DNA of 64,000 bases. Origin: Massalongia carnosa. Lineage: Eukaryota. Made by a program: the position numbers and the translations under genes. Under the pieces are notes generated by a model. It did not search any database, was not told where the DNA came from, and was given only the letters and a program-made list of their open reading frames with translations. Shown here piece by piece: positions 16,934 through 30,400 of the stretch; the first letter of the stretch is position 1; each line of letters starts with the position of its first letter. The stretch is from NCBI GenBank assembly GCA_965645245.1, contig OZ287070.1, positions 1,736,001 to 1,800,000 of the forward strand. Direction: 5' to 3'.

Positions 16934-18279
16934 TTACGATGCTCCAACACAGACATAATAGCCCAGAAACAAATTTGAGCAATCGCTGGCGATGCCCGTG
17001 TTCCATTGCAAGAACTGCTGCGAAGAAATATCCTCGTTTTGTTCAATCACATAGCAGCCGTCTCCGCTCTTAACTAGATAGTACTTGTTGCAATTGCTCA
17101 CGATGCCCGGCTGCTGCGGCTGCGGCCCTGTACTGGCTGGACCGGGCGCAGGCGTCGAGGGGCGTCTCGCTGGCGTGCCCGGGACAGCGATGCAGTAATA
17201 GTAGCCGAGAAACAGAAGGGAGCAGTCCGGCTTCACAGCAGGATTCCAAGCCTGAAAATCGCTAACGGTGAAAGTGCCGAATTGGTCCGCGATGACTGTG
17301 CACGAGTCGCCAGAGACAGCTTTGTAGTATTTCGTGCCTGAAAAAGACGCATCAATTAGTCAAAGCCTTCCGGGAATGGAGCGTTCTAGAACTAGATGGC
17401 GGCGGGGATAACATACAATCCGAGGCAATCCCAAACTGGGTAGGTGAGGGGCCACTTGACGTTGTTGAGGTAGCAGTAGGCGTGCTGAATGTTTGGGTTG
17501 TAGGCGTCCCTGGGACACCCACACAAACATAATACCCTACGAAAAGGGTCTCACAATCTGGAAAGTTTAATCAGGATAGTCTCCAAAAACCAGACTCCGG
17601 AACACTGACTGCTACCAACTGCTGGGTTCCAGGAATAGCTGCCGGAGAAAAGTCAGCTGCTGAAGCAATAAGGCAAAGCCACAACCGGACCAACAAATGC
17701 AGTTTTCAAAAGACTTACAAATCTTGCAAAGTAAATGTATGATAGCTGTTGACAATTCCGCTACAAGTATCCCCTGCCCGAGCCTTGTAGTATTGCGTAC
17801 CTGTCTCTTCATTTAGCTGTGATCAATCCCTTACGATTGCAATGTTTCATACACTGAGAGGTGATGCCAGCTTGAGTGGGTCTGGGCCCAGCGGAAGCGG
17901 TAGACGTAGTAGCCGTCCTTATTGAGGTTGGGAGTGAGGCGGACGTTGGTGGGATGGTTGTCGAGGTTGTTGAGGGCCTTGCCGGGCCATGGCCAAAGTT
18001 CTCCTCAATACAATAAGAGTTGCCAATGATCAGCCCTGAACAATCCGACTTAACAGATGGATTATATGCCAGGAACTGTTGAGCTGTGATTCCCCAATCG
18101 TTGGCGATTGAGGCGCAAGTATCTCCAGATTTTGCATTGTAGAAATAAGTGCAATCTTTGATAGTGTCAGGGGCTACAGGCCCGTCTCGCCGACGGAGAG
18201 ATCGATGACCGTTGATGGCGCTCGCATCAGCAGCAACGACCAGTGTGAGGAACCCCCATAAGAAGCTCTGGAAGAACAT
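16934..18279 (-). CDS. Secreted LysM-domain protein (signal peptide, RRR pro-site, 4 fungal-type LysM modules with Thr/Pro linkers)
   Basis: MFFQSFLWGFLTLVVAADA signal peptide. Modules: CTYFYNAKSGDTC..YNPSVKSDC; CTQYYKARAGDTC..|YSWNPAVGS|NCETLFVGYYVCV; CTKYYKAVSGDSC..WNPAVKPDC; CNKYYLVKSGDGC..WNTGIASDCSNLFLGYYVCV. About 4 introns. Confidence 0.9.
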
Positions 18280-18992
18280 ATTGCCTAATCAGATGATCCC
18301 GTGGCTTTTCCGACTGGACGCAGCTGAGGCCGGCAATTATGCTGAATAGTACGCAGAAGGTGGGCGATGGCTATAATATACATCTTCACGGGCAAGGAGA
18401 TGAACGGATCAAGCAATAGCATACCGTTTGAAGGTGATGGGTCGAGATCGTTCCGGAGATTATCAACTATACGAGAAGGTCGCTAGGGAGGTATTGGGAC
18501 CTAGAAGCCGCAAGAGGTGGCTGATTTGCCTCCATCATTGCTTGTTGAGAGGCACAGTTCCTGTATGCAGATATTGCGCGAGAGAAGGACGATTAGGGTT
18601 GAGGGGAAACGATCAACGATAGAAATTAACAATACCAGCGGGAAATCCGTTGCATGCCGAGACAGTACTAGGTTGTCCCAGGTAGCATTAGGCTAAACGC
18701 CTTCGATGCCAGACCTGAGTCCAGCATAACGAACGGGTCGACGGGCCAGGGGCCAGGGCCAACGGGTTCAACGGCCTAGTAGACCAATGGGCCAACAGGT
18801 ATGTACCTGCAGTAGCATTCGTGTTCAACGTCATTTCAACTGTGCCGTTAGTAATTAACTAGTTTCGTACCAACCCCCAGCGACTCCGTACCTATTCCCG
18901 TAAGTAGATGGTTTGGTGTGTCTCATCTCTCTTGACAATTTCAAGATCAATCAAACACCTCTTCAACCCCTATCCAGTACCAGATCAGGACA

Positions 18993-20111
18993 ATGAGTAA
19001 CGCGAGCAGAGAAGAATCAGCCGAATCTGATCAAGTCTCCCCGCCTTGGGGCACACTTGCCGTGGAGAGATATCTCCTGGTATGAATCCCTCGGATTCGC
19101 CGCCAAAGGCAACGTCCCAGCAGCAACTAATCCACCGTCTCTCTGGGCGCAGCAAAAATGGGACTCCCACTCCCCGGAGGACTCCAATGAGCAGCGAACG
19201 AGGCTCGTGAGAGAGTATGTGCGCGAAAGCCAGCGACCGGTATGGCAGCTCACCATCCCAAGTCTTCTACCCCCGCACGAAGTTACCCAACTCCCAGCCC
19301 AAGAACCCCACGTCCTAACCGATCCTCCCCATTTCCCCGCCCTCGCTCACAGGACCCAACCGCCCCCGCCTCACCACCAGCCCCCACGCAAGTCTCGCAG
19401 ATCCTAAAACCCCTCCGTACCCCCTCCCAACGACATCTCGCCGCCCACCCAGGGCAAATCGGCACCCTCTGGCTCCGCACCTGCTACGCGCCCGACACCT
19501 CCGAACAACACAGCGACCTCATCTCCCCCGTCGACCTTGACAACGCCATCGACGGCCCCGCCTACCTCCTCTCCGACCCCACCCTCTACGACTTCGGCCC
19601 CGACTGGCCGCGCATCCTTGACGTCTTCCCCGAACTAATCGGTCTCCCCGACCGCCCCGCCCAGCTCGCGCATCAGGCCCGCATTCAGGCCGCCATCGCC
19701 GCCTTCCACGCCGCCCGTACCGCTCTCGCTTCCACCGACCCCTCGGTCATCCCCGGCGCACCCACTGCCCTGATCGAAGGCGCGCGCGAATTCCTCCCCG
19801 CCCAGGACGTCACCCCGCATGTCCTGACCGCCATGCAATCGTCCATTCACAAAGCCTGCGTGGTCAACTACCTCCTCGTGGAGGATGCGCTGGCGCTCGA
19901 GAGCGGCGAGCTGCGGCTGCTGTTCCTGGACGCGCGCGGCCGGGTGGTGAGGGAGGCGAGAGTGGATGGAAGCGCGGCGGAGGAGATGGGTGGGTTTTGG
20001 CTACAACGGTCGTGGGACGAGGTGGGGGAGTGGACAAGAGCGGAGTGGGGGGAGAGTTATCGCGAAGGGGGCGCCGAGGGGGCATTGCTGCTTTTTCAAG
20101 CGGGAAGTTAG
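18993..20111 (+). CDS. Uncharacterised fungal protein, no signal peptide, 3 exons
   Basis: ATG at 18993 (MSNASREES..PPWGTLAVERYLL), intron 19080-19152, exon QKWD..EYVRESQRP, intron 19240-19352 (GTATGG..CTAAC..CAG), then a long GC-rich exon with 'LWLRTCY', 'YDFGPDWPRILDVFPEL' and 'LLVEDALALESGELRLLFLDARGRVVREAR'. Confidence 0.7.
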
Positions 20112-20709
20112 ATTTCCATTTCTCTTGGCGAGGCTTTCTTTGGTCATTAAGCTCCGATCCGCCGGAAATAATAAGATTCCTCTGTATATCTATCCATGAA
20201 ACAAAAAGGGAATGAAGGCATTGATCGAATTTACATCTTCATTTCCTTATCTTATCGCACCCTACCTGCGTTTCGATCCCCGCGGTCGGGCCCTGCCGAA
20301 AAGGAGGAAGAATTTTCGTGGCCGAAGTGGATGGGATGCATGGAAAAAGGGGGAGGGGAGAAGGTGAAGATATAAAAGTTGGAGGGTGGAATTTGGAAAT
20401 TGAAAGTGGGGAATGTACCCTTTTTTCTTTTTCTTTCTTTATTCGTTTCTTAGGAAGCGAACCGAAAGTTCAGCTAAAATAAACTAATCACCTCAAGTAC
20501 CGATCTATCTACCAGATCTTTATACCCCCCCCCAAGTGAATCTCCACGTTATCTAAACGGAAGCCGAGAATTTGCGCAAAAGTAAATGTTGTCTCGTCAT
20601 GTTGTTAGCCCTAGAAAAGATACAAAGAAAGCGAAAATATAATACAGCCTGCACAGGTCGAAAAAGGTGCCTTCCTCCCTAACGCCTTCCCCCCTTCCCT
20701 TTTAACGGC

Positions 20710-22666
20710 TCACGCCTTGATACACACGTAATAGCCCAGAAACAACTTGGCGCAGTCGGCACCGACATACGGGTTCCAAGCGTTAAACTGCACCGAAGCG
20801 TTAGCGGGCGGCGGAGACAGTCTGCAAAGTCGTGGGGAAGTAGGAATTACCTGGTCCAAGCTAATGCCGAAACTGTTCGCGATGCCGTAGCAATTGTCGC
20901 CGCCGATGACTTGATAATATTGCTTGCAGGAAGCCACCGTGTTGGGCTCCAGCGGTGAGGGCACGGCGTTGAGGTTGGCCGTGGTGCTGGTGGCGAGTGG
21001 CTGGACGGGCGTGCAATTTGCGGGGAAACGGGTAGAGGTGGGGATGGGCGCGTCCGGATTCGGATAACAGTAGGGCTCGACAAGAGCTTGGCAGGCGGCG
21101 GGGAGGTCGGCTTCGGACACGCCGCGACCGTAGTCGTCCGGGGAGATGGGGCAGTAGCCGGTGCGAGCGGCAATCAGACTTGCAGCGGTGAGGTTTGCGG
21201 TGATGGTCGTTGTAGGTGGGGGTAGGAATGTGGTTTGTGGGTTGTACCAAGAAGTGGTGATTTTGGGTGGAGAGGCCACAATCGCGCCGGTGACAAAGGG
21301 GCCGGGAAACATGGAGGACCTTTTTTTTTGATCCCCTTGTGTTAGAGGAGACCTAAAGAAATATTGAGACGAGGACTTTTGACTTACATTGCTGCGGTGG
21401 CGGGAACGTCTAGGGTGCTTGCGTCATAAGTTAATGATCCAGGTGGTCTAACGATATCAGCGTTTGAGAGGAACATTCCATATAATAAAAGAGCGGACTG
21501 ACGAGACGCAAATGTTTCTACCGACCATAGCATCTAAATTGTCACAATTGGCATGGATCGTACTGAAATTTGTCAGTTTATAGCTGTCGGTATACCCGAG
21601 TTGTTGGGTCTTACGGATTCCACGACGTTAACTGAACCAAGGTAAATCTTTTGTTGGCAGTAATGCTTTGGCATGTTTGGCCTTGCGTTACGGTCTGTAG
21701 AGCACATTTAGGGCCAAGACAGAGCTTAGTTCCTGGTTTTAACGACGAGCAGTTATAGTCGAGATTGTTGGAGGAGATCAGCAAGTCAACGGCAATCGAG
21801 TTCGCTTGAGAAATGGATTGGCAAGTATCCTGAGAGCTGACAGTATAAGGTGTACCAGCGCAGCTTGCTGTAGGGACAGACGACGCCGCTCTACTATTCT
21901 CTAAGTGGACTTAAGAGGTCTAGATGTTGGGTAACTTACGTCGTAGAGCTAACGCTGGATGTCGACGTATAAGTGTATGGATACTTTGATGCTGGGGTTC
22001 CACAAGACGACAATAACGAGGAGAAGGCATTCGGCTGGATTTTAGCTCTCCCGTAGTCCGAGCTGAGCATTGCAGCGCCATATTTCAACGAGCAGTCCGA
22101 ACAAGCAGTTTTTGTGCCTTTGTACAGGTCTGAAAGACAAAAGCCCGTCCTATATTGACCACATCTTAGTAAAAGTTACAACCTCAGATAGAATAAACCT
22201 CCACTTACTCGTCTTGAATACATGTGACGCTGTAGGCCCAAGCCAAAGGGTCCGCGACGGACGCTCCAGACTGCTGCAGCTCACTGTTGGCAAACATTTG
22301 ATATAGAGTGTCTCCGCAACGCGTGTCCACGTTAGTTTTGAAGGTCTATAAAGATATGCGTGTCAGCAGAGATTTTCTGAGAGCCGCAAGATATAAATTC
22401 TGTGCATTTACCTGAAGAGAATCGAAGCAGTCTGTTGTGCAGTATGCCGTGAGAGTAGGTTTATCAAGGGACCTGCCGCCAGCAACAAATCTTGCCGACA
22501 CAAGATCTGGCGAGCATGTAAGGTTTTGGCTCAAGGCAGCGCGACAGCCGGCGGGAATAGTTGTCGGTAGGGCACCAGGGTTGTTCCATATTTGAATTGA
22601 GAAAGCTCGCAAGAAAAAGAGTTGCAGAGCGAGAAAGAGAACGACTCGACCAGTATGAGACCACAT
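20710..22666 (-). CDS. Secreted LysM-domain protein (Cys-rich N-terminal domain plus 3 LysM), divergently transcribed from the GH18-C gene
   Basis: Signal MWSHTGRVVLFLALQLFFLRAFS. 'CRAALSQNLTC..YCTTDC' N-domain. Tandem LysMs 'CAGTPYTVSSQDTCQSIS..NCSSL' and 'CALQTVTQGQTC..SWNP|TIHANCDNL'. C-terminal LysM 'CKQYYQVIGGDNC..FNAWNPYVGADCAKLFLGYYVCI'. Confidence 0.88.
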
Positions 22667-24420
22667 CGTGACTCTGAACAAAGGAGAACGAAACAAGTAT
22701 TCGATTAAGCCAAAGACCATTCAAAGAACCCAAGTCAACAATGAAAGAAGATGGAAGAGGAGACTTTGGCCTCTTAGGCGAACAGTGGAGGACATTTCAA
22801 TCGATCACAATCAATATTGATAAAATACGTCAAATGAAGTGGGAATAGCGCAGAATGGTCGTTGGTGGTCCTGATTTCGGTCCACTAAAGGTCTGGGGAT
22901 GAAGAACTAAAAAATGGCGAGGACGTGGAAGGCGTAGGAAGAGCCGTCGAGTTTCTCAAGAATTTTTACCGCCTCTTTAGATAAGGTATTGTTAGCTATT
23001 GGTTGATTCCTATGCTAAGTAGATATTTGACCGGTAACTACTTTAATTAGGTAGGTGGGACTACAAGATCCAAGCACGTCAAGCTCAGGGGCGATAGAGG
23101 CTGAGAATATGCATACTGCAAGGTACGAGCCCACAGGACCCCTTTAAACGAGCGTTAATAGTCCAACATAACCTCGGCCGCTATGGTATTGGTGTAGAGC
23201 ACCACAAGATATACGGGAAAACTGCCTATAAATAAACATTTCTAATAGAACAGCGCGTGTTAAAGTTCTCGGAAATCCAACATGTGGTAGTGTGAAGAAT
23301 ACCTCCCTAAAAGGACCGATGTAACAACATGGGATATTGGTCCTCCCTTGGCCACACTCCTTGCGTTCATTTTAGAAAGAGATAAATTAGCGATTAGATC
23401 TGGCCCATTTGAGCTTAGCTGCCAGGCCGCAGGTCGGGTTGACCCAGCTTGGCACGTAACGTTGATAGATGTTGATTAACAACGCGGGATAGAGATTGGC
23501 GTTGAGATTGGTGTCCGGGGTTTAGCTGACGTGAGACGTTCATGATAGCCTTACGTAAATGCAGGTACGGAATACCTACTTCCCCTTCTCGTTAGCTTGA
23601 AAACTAGCGCTGTCTACACCAACAACAATCCAACAACGACAGTTCACGAACTCGGACCACAATTCGTTCATTTATCAGCTCATCGTCGCAAAAGGAAGGA
23701 CTGCCGAAGACCGTAGCCGATGCTATTAGCTACAGCAAGAATAATATACACCATGAAGTGGATGCGGGAAGCTGTAAGTTCCCTTAGCGACCTTCTCGGA
23801 AGGGCTAGCCAGAGTAAGACCTTACTCCGTACATCTATGGCTTTGAACGCTACAAAACTGTGGGGGATACGGTGATATGGAATATTCTGTACCGTAGTTA
23901 GTACAAGTCTGGATCATCCTTGCATCGTAGGATTCAAGGTCAATGACTCAGTTCTCCAGGAATTCATCCTTTCGATGCCCCATTCCTTTCTCCTTTTTCT
24001 TGCAGTATCATGTCAAACTGCCTGATATGACATGTTACTTATATGCACGCTATTGGCACAGTGCCAAGGTCAGAAAATCTTTCAAGCCTGGATTACCGCA
24101 AAATGTTTTTCTTCAAAATGAGCGGCCAAAAATATGGGTTTAAGTACTAGAGGCTACGGACTACGCTTCAAATGCTAGAAATTAAGTTCTCCCTTGCCTT
24201 GGGATGGTTTTCGCTCAAGTATCTTCATTCTTGATCCACAAGACTGGTCTTGAAAAAGGCGCATGACAGTCATTCTGCTCTTCAGCATCCAGCCCTTTTC
24301 ATTCAGTGATCACTTTCTCTTACGAGGTATGATATGAGGGGCTAACATATAACGCCACACCCTTTTCCAGATACGGCTGTTGCCAATTTACCATTTCTCA
24401 CACTCTCTTTAAACAACATC
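22667..24420. promoter_or_regulatory. Divergent promoter region shared by the LysM gene and the GH18-C gene; contains a probable 5'-UTR intron (24327-24370)
   Basis: Head-to-head ATGs at 22666 (-) and 24421 (+). GTATGA..GCTAAC..TTCCAG (44 nt) lies just upstream of the chitinase ATG. Confidence 0.55.
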
Positions 24421-27400
24421 ATGCGTAACCCTTTACTTTTCTTTCTTTGTCTATCTTTTCTGGCATTCGTCACAGCGCAAGATGATCCTTCGACATGTTC
24501 GGCCACAAGGCCTTGCCATCAGGGATGCTGCAGTAAAGATGGAAATTGTGGGTTCTCACCCGAGTTTTGTGGGACTGGCTGCCAAAGCAATTGCGATGCC
24601 AAAGCAGAATGTGGGCAATATGCTCCAGTTGCCTCGAAAGACTGTCCGATAAACGTCTGTTGCAGGTATAGCTTCGTCCAAGCCTCCCTTAGGCGGCTTC
24701 TGCTGACAAGGACTGACTGGTGAAAGCCAATATGGTTATTGTGGCACAACCACGGAGTTCTGCGGAGACGGTTGTCAAAAGAACAGCAAAGGAGGCGGTT
24801 GCGGAGAAGCAAAGTGAGCGAACTTATCTGACCCAATTGTCTTTCTTCGAATGAGCGGTTGACATTTTTTTCGTTTTTGGCAGCCGACCATCATGTTCCA
24901 AAAATACAGACGCCATGTCGTACCAGCGCCGTGTTGGGTATTATGAGCTTTTCAATCTGCAAGAACGGCTCTGCGATAAAGTTTACCCTGAGGATCTTGA
25001 GGTTGCCCCTCTAACCCACATCAATCTTGCGTTTGTGTTGTTCGATAGTAGTTTCAACATGATTGATAAAGATGGCGAGCTAATTTCTCGTGTTTCATTT
25101 CTGAAAAGTCGTTACAGAGGATTGAAGGTTAACGTTGCAATTGGTGGTTGGACTTTCAATGATCCCCCATCGCAAACTTTATTTTCCGACAGTAAGGACT
25201 CGCATGATATTCTGATAAGGTTTTACTGACGATCAAGTGGCAAGCACGTACCCCAATCGTCAAACCTTTATTGGTTCTTTGGTGTCGTTCTTGCAAAAGT
25301 ATGGCCTAGATGGGGTCGATATTGATTGGGAATATCCTGGAGCCAGTGACCGAGGTGGTATCCCTGCTGACACCGACAATTTTGTCCTTCTCATGTCTGA
25401 GATTCAAGAAACCTTTGCCAGAACAAATCCAGGCTGGGAGGCTACCATTACCGTTCCAACGAGTTACTGGTACTTACGCGGATTCGATATCAATCGGCTT
25501 CAAAAATATGTTTCGTGGTTCAATGTTATGTCGTATGACTTGGCGAGTATTCAGTCGGCGAGAGGAACTTTTTGGAACCAGTGGCTAACATTTTGGGTAG
25601 CACGGTATGTGGGATCGGGACAATCATTTTACGGGCCCATTTCTTCAAGGGCATACCAATATTTCGGAAATCGATCTGGGCCTAGATCTTCTCTGGCGCA
25701 ATGGTATTGACCCAGCCAATGTTGTCATGGGTTTTGCATTTTACGGGCGGTCTTTTACTATGAGCGATGCATCTTGTTCCGTCCCAGGCTGTACCTTTTC
25801 TACTTCAGGTCGTCCTGGAAGCTGCACCAACACCGGAGGCATTTTATCGTACAGTGAAGTCAGCTCTAGGAACTTCTCCCTTAGCACGCAGACATTCTAC
25901 GACGCAAAGACAACTGTCAAATACAACGTCTACGATGGCAATCAATGGATTTCATATGACGACGAACAATCTTTCTTCGATAAGAAGGGATTTCTTTCTG
26001 GGCGGTGCCTCAGCGGCTTAATGATTTGGGCGATTGACCAAGATACCCAGAATCATAGTGCCCTCGAAGGGCTACTTGGAGATTTTTCGAGCAGTCAACT
26101 AGAAGGTGGCGGTTTAGATGACAATACCGCAGCAGCGCTATCAAATGCCTTTGGTGCGTATACCGGGCAAAACTGCTTCGTCACGCCGACTTGCACGGAC
26201 GGCTCGGACGACCAGAAGCAAAATGACCAGGTCTGCCCGTCAGGAACCACGTCCGTATCAACAGCACATTCTCCACTCCAAGCCAGTAGCCATGAGCTCC
26301 ATGGTGACTGCTCGGAAGGTTGGTATCGTCACATTTGCTGCCCCACCATATCGATGCCCAAGAATTGCAAATGGAACGGAGCCCCCGTACGGAGTGAGTT
26401 TGGTTGCAGCGGCAAGTGCGGGGACAAACAGTTTCTTCTAAATACCGACGCCTACCTTGATGCCAATGGTGAAGGCAGTTGTTTCACAGGAACCCGCGAC
26501 CTTTGTTGCGACTCTACCGAAGTAATTGACGAATGCTTCTGGACAGATTGCCAAGGCCCATTATCCCCTAGCACGAATCCTTCGTGTGGCACGAATGATT
26601 TCGAGTTGCAGACCTATCGGTTCGACCAAGACAGCGGTGATTGGTGCTCTTCGACATATGTATCTCCGTTGGACGGCTCCCTCGGATCCCCGCTACATGA
26701 TCGCTTCAAGCGAGCATTTTGTTGTCCGAAAGGAAAAGGCTTCCGCAACTGCAATTGGTCAAACGATCCACGGCTAAAAGATCAACCAAATGGCATCCTT
26801 CTCTCAGATCCAGATCTAGTTTGTAAGCCACAGCCATGCGCGAAAACACAGACCGAAGTTACGCAAGCGCTGGAGCCCCCGCAGTCCCCTGAAGTTAACC
26901 CATCTCACACCGGCACTAGCTGTGATGGTGTCTCCACGTCGGCAGGATTTAATCAAGACTTTCCATATTGTTGCGATCCCCCAAGCACCTACAGTGACAA
27001 ATGGCCGGTCGATCCAAAATATCTTTTTGAGCATTATTACGATGCCCCTGAGGACGAGGTCATGTGGTCTTATGACAATGAATTTCGCAACAACAACGCG
27101 GACTCGAGTCAGTCTCCCCCAGGCGATGAGACCGGTCATGATGCTTACGGATTTGTCATGCTTGACGGTGCACCTGGATCACTGGATAATGACTTCCCAG
27201 CAAGTCATACTATCGCAAGGCGCACGGTGGAGTTTTCTAAAAGGAAGAGATCTTTATTGACGACAAATAGTACTGTGATTGACTCTAATTTTGATCACTC
27301 CGAGGAGGTTGTTTACGTTTATTGCAATTACCCACGGGACTCGCCGGGGTGTCAGAAAATCTGGCATAAAGGAGCTGAAGATACTATCATTAGGCTGCCA

Positions 27401-30400
27401 GATCACGTTGGAGAGGGTCCATATGCACGAGTTGTATCTATGAACATCGCCGAGCAAGAGTATATGCTTCCACAGCATCACATTCAAGCTCGATCGGTCG
27501 AGAGAAATACCAATCCCGTCTATAAATTAAAATTCGATTACGATTTCCATCTCATCAAGCGGGACGACGTGGTCAATATCCGTGTGGACTTTACAAATCT
27601 TCTTGGATATTGGGATGACATAACAGACGTACCATCTAGCAAAAAATCGAAACGTGAAGCCTATCAAGAGCATCTATCCAATGAAGCGTGGCGTTCCAGG
27701 ATTGGAAAGGCAAAACGCAGACATTCAAAGCTACGGAAACGTAAATTGCCCAATAAGCAAGATACCACGACAACAGATATGAATCCAAGTAACAAGAGTC
27801 TCTCGAAGAGGTGGTTTGGCACATTTCTCGCCTGGCTTGGCCGGTTGGTAAGTGCTCAATGTCAAGCTTCGTTTCCCGGTGTTACACCGCCAGATACTGA
27901 TGATTTAGTAGAATACTGTGGAAACCAAAGAGGTCGGGTTCCTGAGTATGGCATTTCAAAAAAGCATCCTACTTTTCAAAGCCACTTATGGGTACTTAAT
28001 TTTTCTCTTTTTTTTCCACGTTTGACGCGATGAACTTACTATTTTTAGCTGTATCGGAAACAACTTTTCTGCCAACTTGAAGATGTATCTTGATGCCAAT
28101 GTCGAGATGGAAGCTACGTACGCCTATTACTTCTCTGGGACCGTTGTCCCCCCTGCTGTTACAGGCACATACGCCTTCTTCAGTCTTGAACCTAGTGCAT
28201 ATCTTGGTCTTCGGCTTGTTGGAAACGCTAGACTACAAGCCTCTACTGGACGTAAGAAGCTCCTTGACACCATATCTTACCCTGGGCTAGCGATCAAAGG
28301 CCTGGCCGCGGTTGGACCCACATTGGACTTGTATGGTGAGGTAAGCAAATATGCTCCATCCCCCCAAAAGCCGCAAATTGAACTTGAATATAGATTCGTG
28401 GCGTCGTTACGCTGAAAGGCGAGATGAAGGCTGGTGCTAAGCTCAACTTTGGAAAGGCGGAAGTTTACTGGCCTCAGGATGACACAGCCAGTGACAAATA
28501 TCAAGCGCTTCTGGGTATCACAGCAAATCCATCAGCTCAAGACAAGGATCTGATCGAACCAACCTTTGATGCAAAGGTCAAGATCGACGCACAAATTGAT
28601 GTTCTCGTTACACCAGAGGTCAGTCTCCCACCTTCGTTTTACTTTAGCAACTTTCTTGACTTTCTTTATTACTAGTCGCTATTGGCCCACAGCTTCAGTG
28701 TTGATGACCAGAGCTAACCTTGCCCATGCAGGCGAATATCGGTCTAAGGATTGGGGGCAAAATCAGTGGCGGTACGCCTCTTGTTGATGCTCAGCTAGTC
28801 GGTTATGTCAACACTTCTCTGTCGTTTCAGGCTTCCGCAACGGCCTCGGGTGGGTCGAACAGCGCCGGCTCGCTTGTCTATCGCTATGGCGTATATTTGT
28901 ATTACAACCTTGGATATGGGGCCTACGCAACGGTCAAATTCTTTCCAAACTGGGCGTTGGCACCGCGTAATGCCTACAATCCTTCGCCGCGATTCACAAT
29001 CTATGAAAACACGGGTTCCTTTAGCGGAAGTGGCGCTGGCAGTAAACGCAGTATCGAGGTTCCGGAGCCCCTTCACCTTCCTCGTAGAGGCCTGCTGGAG
29101 GGTGGTCACGGCGCAAAACTCACCCCAACTGATCACATTCGCCACGGCTTAGGTCTTTATGAAAGTAGTTCATACGTATCGCAGCCTAATGTTTCCTCAT
29201 CCGCCGATACACAGTTTATTTTGGGAAAAAGGGCTGATTCATCAGATGGCAGCCTTCCCGATGCCCAAAGCCCAGACTTTAGCCAGCAGCTAACTTGCCC
29301 ACCTGGAGACACGGCACAAGTTAGACTTCCGGATTTTCGTCGTATGTCATCCAATGTTTATTCCGTGCACGATTAGACTGACAATAGAGGACAGTAAACT
29401 GTAATGTTTTTGGAAACAGCATATTAAACAGCCAAAACGGTGGGGCTAGCCAGGAGGTGAAGGGCATCTGCTATGGGATCCAAACATTTTTCAACAGCCG
29501 GGGCCTGGCCAATAGCGATATTGTTCTCACCTGGGATCCAGTCTCAACTAGGGTTGACACACGACGAAACCAAGCATGTGGGTCGAGTTACTGTACTCCA
29601 GCCCAAACTCAGTTGCAGACAACAATTGGGGACAGGAACATTGCCATATCGTGTGACGAGTTCCCATTTGCCGGCACGGAAGAAGGGGGAAATTACTATA
29701 CCACGTTACCAAATAACCCAACCAATGCTCAAAAGACTTGTGTTCCCGCATGGCAAAATAGCTTGCAAGGAAATTGTAACAGTGAGTTTGGCTCATCAAA
29801 GTCCCCTACCGTAAAACGGGGTACGCTAATCCATCTTATTCATCTTAGAGATATTGAGTCAGCTCCAAACAAATGTGGGATACTTCGAACGTCAGTCGAG
29901 AGGGGACAGTTTGGAGAACTTTGTTCAATGGAGCACTGGAACGGTAGACAACACCTGGACCACCGTTGGTAATCAGTTCAACGGTCAACCGCTCACGACA
30001 CAAAGGCTATCCGTCTACCCGAACCAAATCCCGCAAGCAGCGGGAGTGAGCAGCAATGTAAGGATCTCTCGCTGTTATCAAGCAACTTCCCTGATTTTCA
30101 TCTTGCACCGTTTAGTTGCTGATGAGGCTTGACCACACTTCAGGATTATAATGCCAATGGCGACGCGATTGGCTACATGTTCAAGCGAAATTTTACCTTC
30201 GGGCTCGCCTCACCGAGCTCACCTAGCGACGGCGCGGCCTGGGTTCCGGGTACTGGACCCGCACAGGCTTGGACATTAAAGGATGGGACCTTCCCCGTCG
30301 GTACCCATGGTGGCGACGTTAGCACGATCGCTTGTGCTGTAAATACTTTTGGGCAGGACGACGTGTTCCACGCCCCCTATAACGGTCTGTGTTATAACGG

